Shown: piece after piece, positions 62,244 to 64,000 of the stretch
How positions within the stretch are numbered: position 1 is the stretch's first letter
Layout of the letters: each line of letters starts with the position of its first letter
Assembly: GCA_963718965.1 (NCBI GenBank)
Contig: CAVRBJ010000038.1
Coordinates: forward strand, 86,402-150,401
Source of the DNA: an uncultured delta proteobacterium
GTDB lineage: Bacteria > Desulfobacterota > WTBG01 > CAIYCZ01 > CAIRTM01
Length of the DNA stretch: 64,000 nucleotides
Direction: 5' to 3'
The notes under the pieces: generated by a model
Database searches by the model: none
What the model was told of the DNA's origin: nothing
Seen by the model: the letters and a program-made list of their open reading frames with translations, nothing else
Translations under genes and position numbers: made by a program

Positions 62244-64000
62244 TTGCCCTTGAGCCCTTTAGAAAATATCATTTTTGCCATCCTCTGTGTTGGCGGCGTT
62301 CTTTTTTTCCTGAAAAACGTATTCCGGCTCCTTGCAATGATCTGCCTGGGACGCACTGAAAACAGATTCGACAGCCTGATTGGACGCTTCACCGGCATGC
62401 TGACCTATGGTTTCGGCCAGTTGCGCGTTGTCAGCGAAAAATTCGGGTTTAACCATTTCCTTCTCTTCTGGGGATTTCTCGTTCTGGTATGCGTAAACTC
62501 GGAGTTCTTTATCGCCGGCGTATTCCCCAAATTCAGCTGGGATTTCATAGGCGAAGTTCCCTGGGGCCTTGTTATGGGACTGGCCGACATGATGAGCCTG
62601 GTGGTGCTGGCTTGCGTTTTAGTCGCACTGTTCAGGCGCCTGGTCGTCAAGCCTTTTTATATAGACTCAACCTATGACGCGTATCTGATTCTCTCCCTTG
62701 TCGGCTCCCTCATGATAGCCTATTTCGGCATGAACGCGTGCTGAAGCTGCTATGGGAACCTCGAAACAGTAATACATGTTCATCTCAAAGTCCCTGGCTT
62801 CGATGTATATGCCGGCATGCCCAGCTGCATACCCTGCATGTATGGGCGCGCGTATTCTGGTGGGCCCATGCCCTCATTCTGCTGTTCTTCCTGAACTATC
62901 TGCCCTACAGCAAGCACCTGCACATTCTGACATCGCTGCCGAACTGCTTTTTCCGCAGTTTCAAGCCCGTCACCACCGTGCCGCGGCTGACTTTCAAAAA
63001 GGGCTTCACGTTCGGTATTTCCAAAATCACCCAGTTCCGCTGGAAGGACCTGCTGGATTTTACGGCCTGCACCGAGTGCGGACGCTGCCAGGCAAACTGC
63101 CCGGCCTATCTCACTCAAAAGCCTCTCAATCCGAAAGAAGTCGTGCATAAGGGTAAGGTGAATCTGTTCGCCAACGGCAATGAGATCATGGCCCACCGGC
63201 CTGCCGATATGCTGGCCCCTGCGCCTGAGGATGCCGCAATGTGCGTACCGCTGATTAACGGCCGGGAGGAAAGCATATCACGGGATGCCATCTGGGCGTG
63301 CACCACCTGCGGCGCCTGCATGCAGAAATGCCCCGTCTTCATCGAGCATGTGCCCAAAATCGTTGAGATGCGGCGCCACCTTGTTATGGAAAAGTCGGAG
63401 TTCCCCGAAGAGCTCACCACCTTCTTTGAAAACTCCGAGCAGCGCTCAAACCCCTGGGGCATTGCGCCTTCTGACCGCGCCAAGTGGACTGTTGATCTCA
63501 ACGTACCCGTGCTGGGAGACGGCGTTCAGGCCGAGTATCTGTTCTATGTCGGCTGCGCAGGTGCTTTTGATTCCCGCGCTCGTCAGGTGACCCAGGCAAT
63601 GACCAAAATTCTCAATGCTGCAGGAGTTAACTGGGCAGTACTGGGCAATGAAGAGAAATGCTGCGGCGATTCGCTGCGCCGCCTCGGCAATGAATTCGTT
63701 TTTGAGAAAATGGCCAAAGAAAACATTGCTGTTCTTGAAAAATACGGCATCAAGAAAATCATCACCTACTGCCCGCACTGCTTCACAACGCTCAAGAACG
63801 ACTATAAGCAGTTCGGCTTCGACGCTGAAATTATTCATCACACAACATTTATCAATGACCTCATCAAGGCAGGCCGCATCAAGGTCGACTCAGGCGCTCT
63901 TACCGGCACAACTGTCGTGCATGATTCCTGCTATCTTGGCCGCTACAATGATCTCTATGAGGCTCCCCGCTCAATCGTCAAGGCATGCTCGGGCAAGGCC
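62244..64000 (+). CDS. Membrane-anchored Fe-S oxidoreductase (N-terminal multi-TM domain plus 2x[4Fe-4S] plus CCG domains; Etf-linked quinone oxidoreductase type); frameshifted, continues beyond the right edge
   Basis: The N-terminal hydrophobic part is 62244-62744. After shifts (62740-62860) an open frame runs from about 62858 to the window end: WWAHALILLFFLNYLPYSKHLHI...CTECGRCQANCP...CTTCGACMQKCP...FYVGCAGAFD...EKCCGDSL...TYCPHCFTTL...VHDSCYLGRY... This frame is missing from the ORF track because it has no stop inside the window. Confidence 0.8.

Overview
This 64-kb segment looks chromosomal and comes from an anaerobe. The gene content suggests a Desulfobacterota sulfate reducer or syntroph of the Desulfobacteraceae type. 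That assignment is inferred from gene content only. I read 58 protein genes. By eye I found no rRNA, tRNA, CRISPR array, transposase or integrase.

Coding content is dominated by anaerobic redox modules:
- five VAO/GlcD-type FAD proteins
- four CCG-domain (HdrD/GlcF-like) Fe-S proteins; one has a DsrM/HdrE-like membrane partner, and one is fused to a membrane domain directly after etfB-etfA
- six SDRs, three of them close paralogs in one TetR-linked island
- two PNPOx-fold proteins

Other genes include a NitT/TauT-type ABC importer followed by a radical SAM gene and a GNAT gene. There are also OppD/OppF-like ATPases, two PAS histidine kinases and an NrpR-like regulator divergent from gdhA. The remainder includes inositol-3-phosphate synthase, an AsmA-like protein, truA, a ROK kinase, a DD-carboxypeptidase and YajD.

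Non-coding features:
- a candidate c-di-GMP-I (GEMM) riboswitch with a terminator/RBS-sequestering platform, upstream of a CheY-PilZ mini-operon
- two tandem hairpin repeats with C-rich loops
- a 0.6-kb spacer dense in hairpins
- palindromes upstream of gdhA
- several intrinsic terminators

Major caveat: about half of the genes (28 of 58 by my reading) are interrupted by single-base frame shifts. I merged the fragments into one gene span each and flagged them. All family assignments come from motif recognition, not from a database search.
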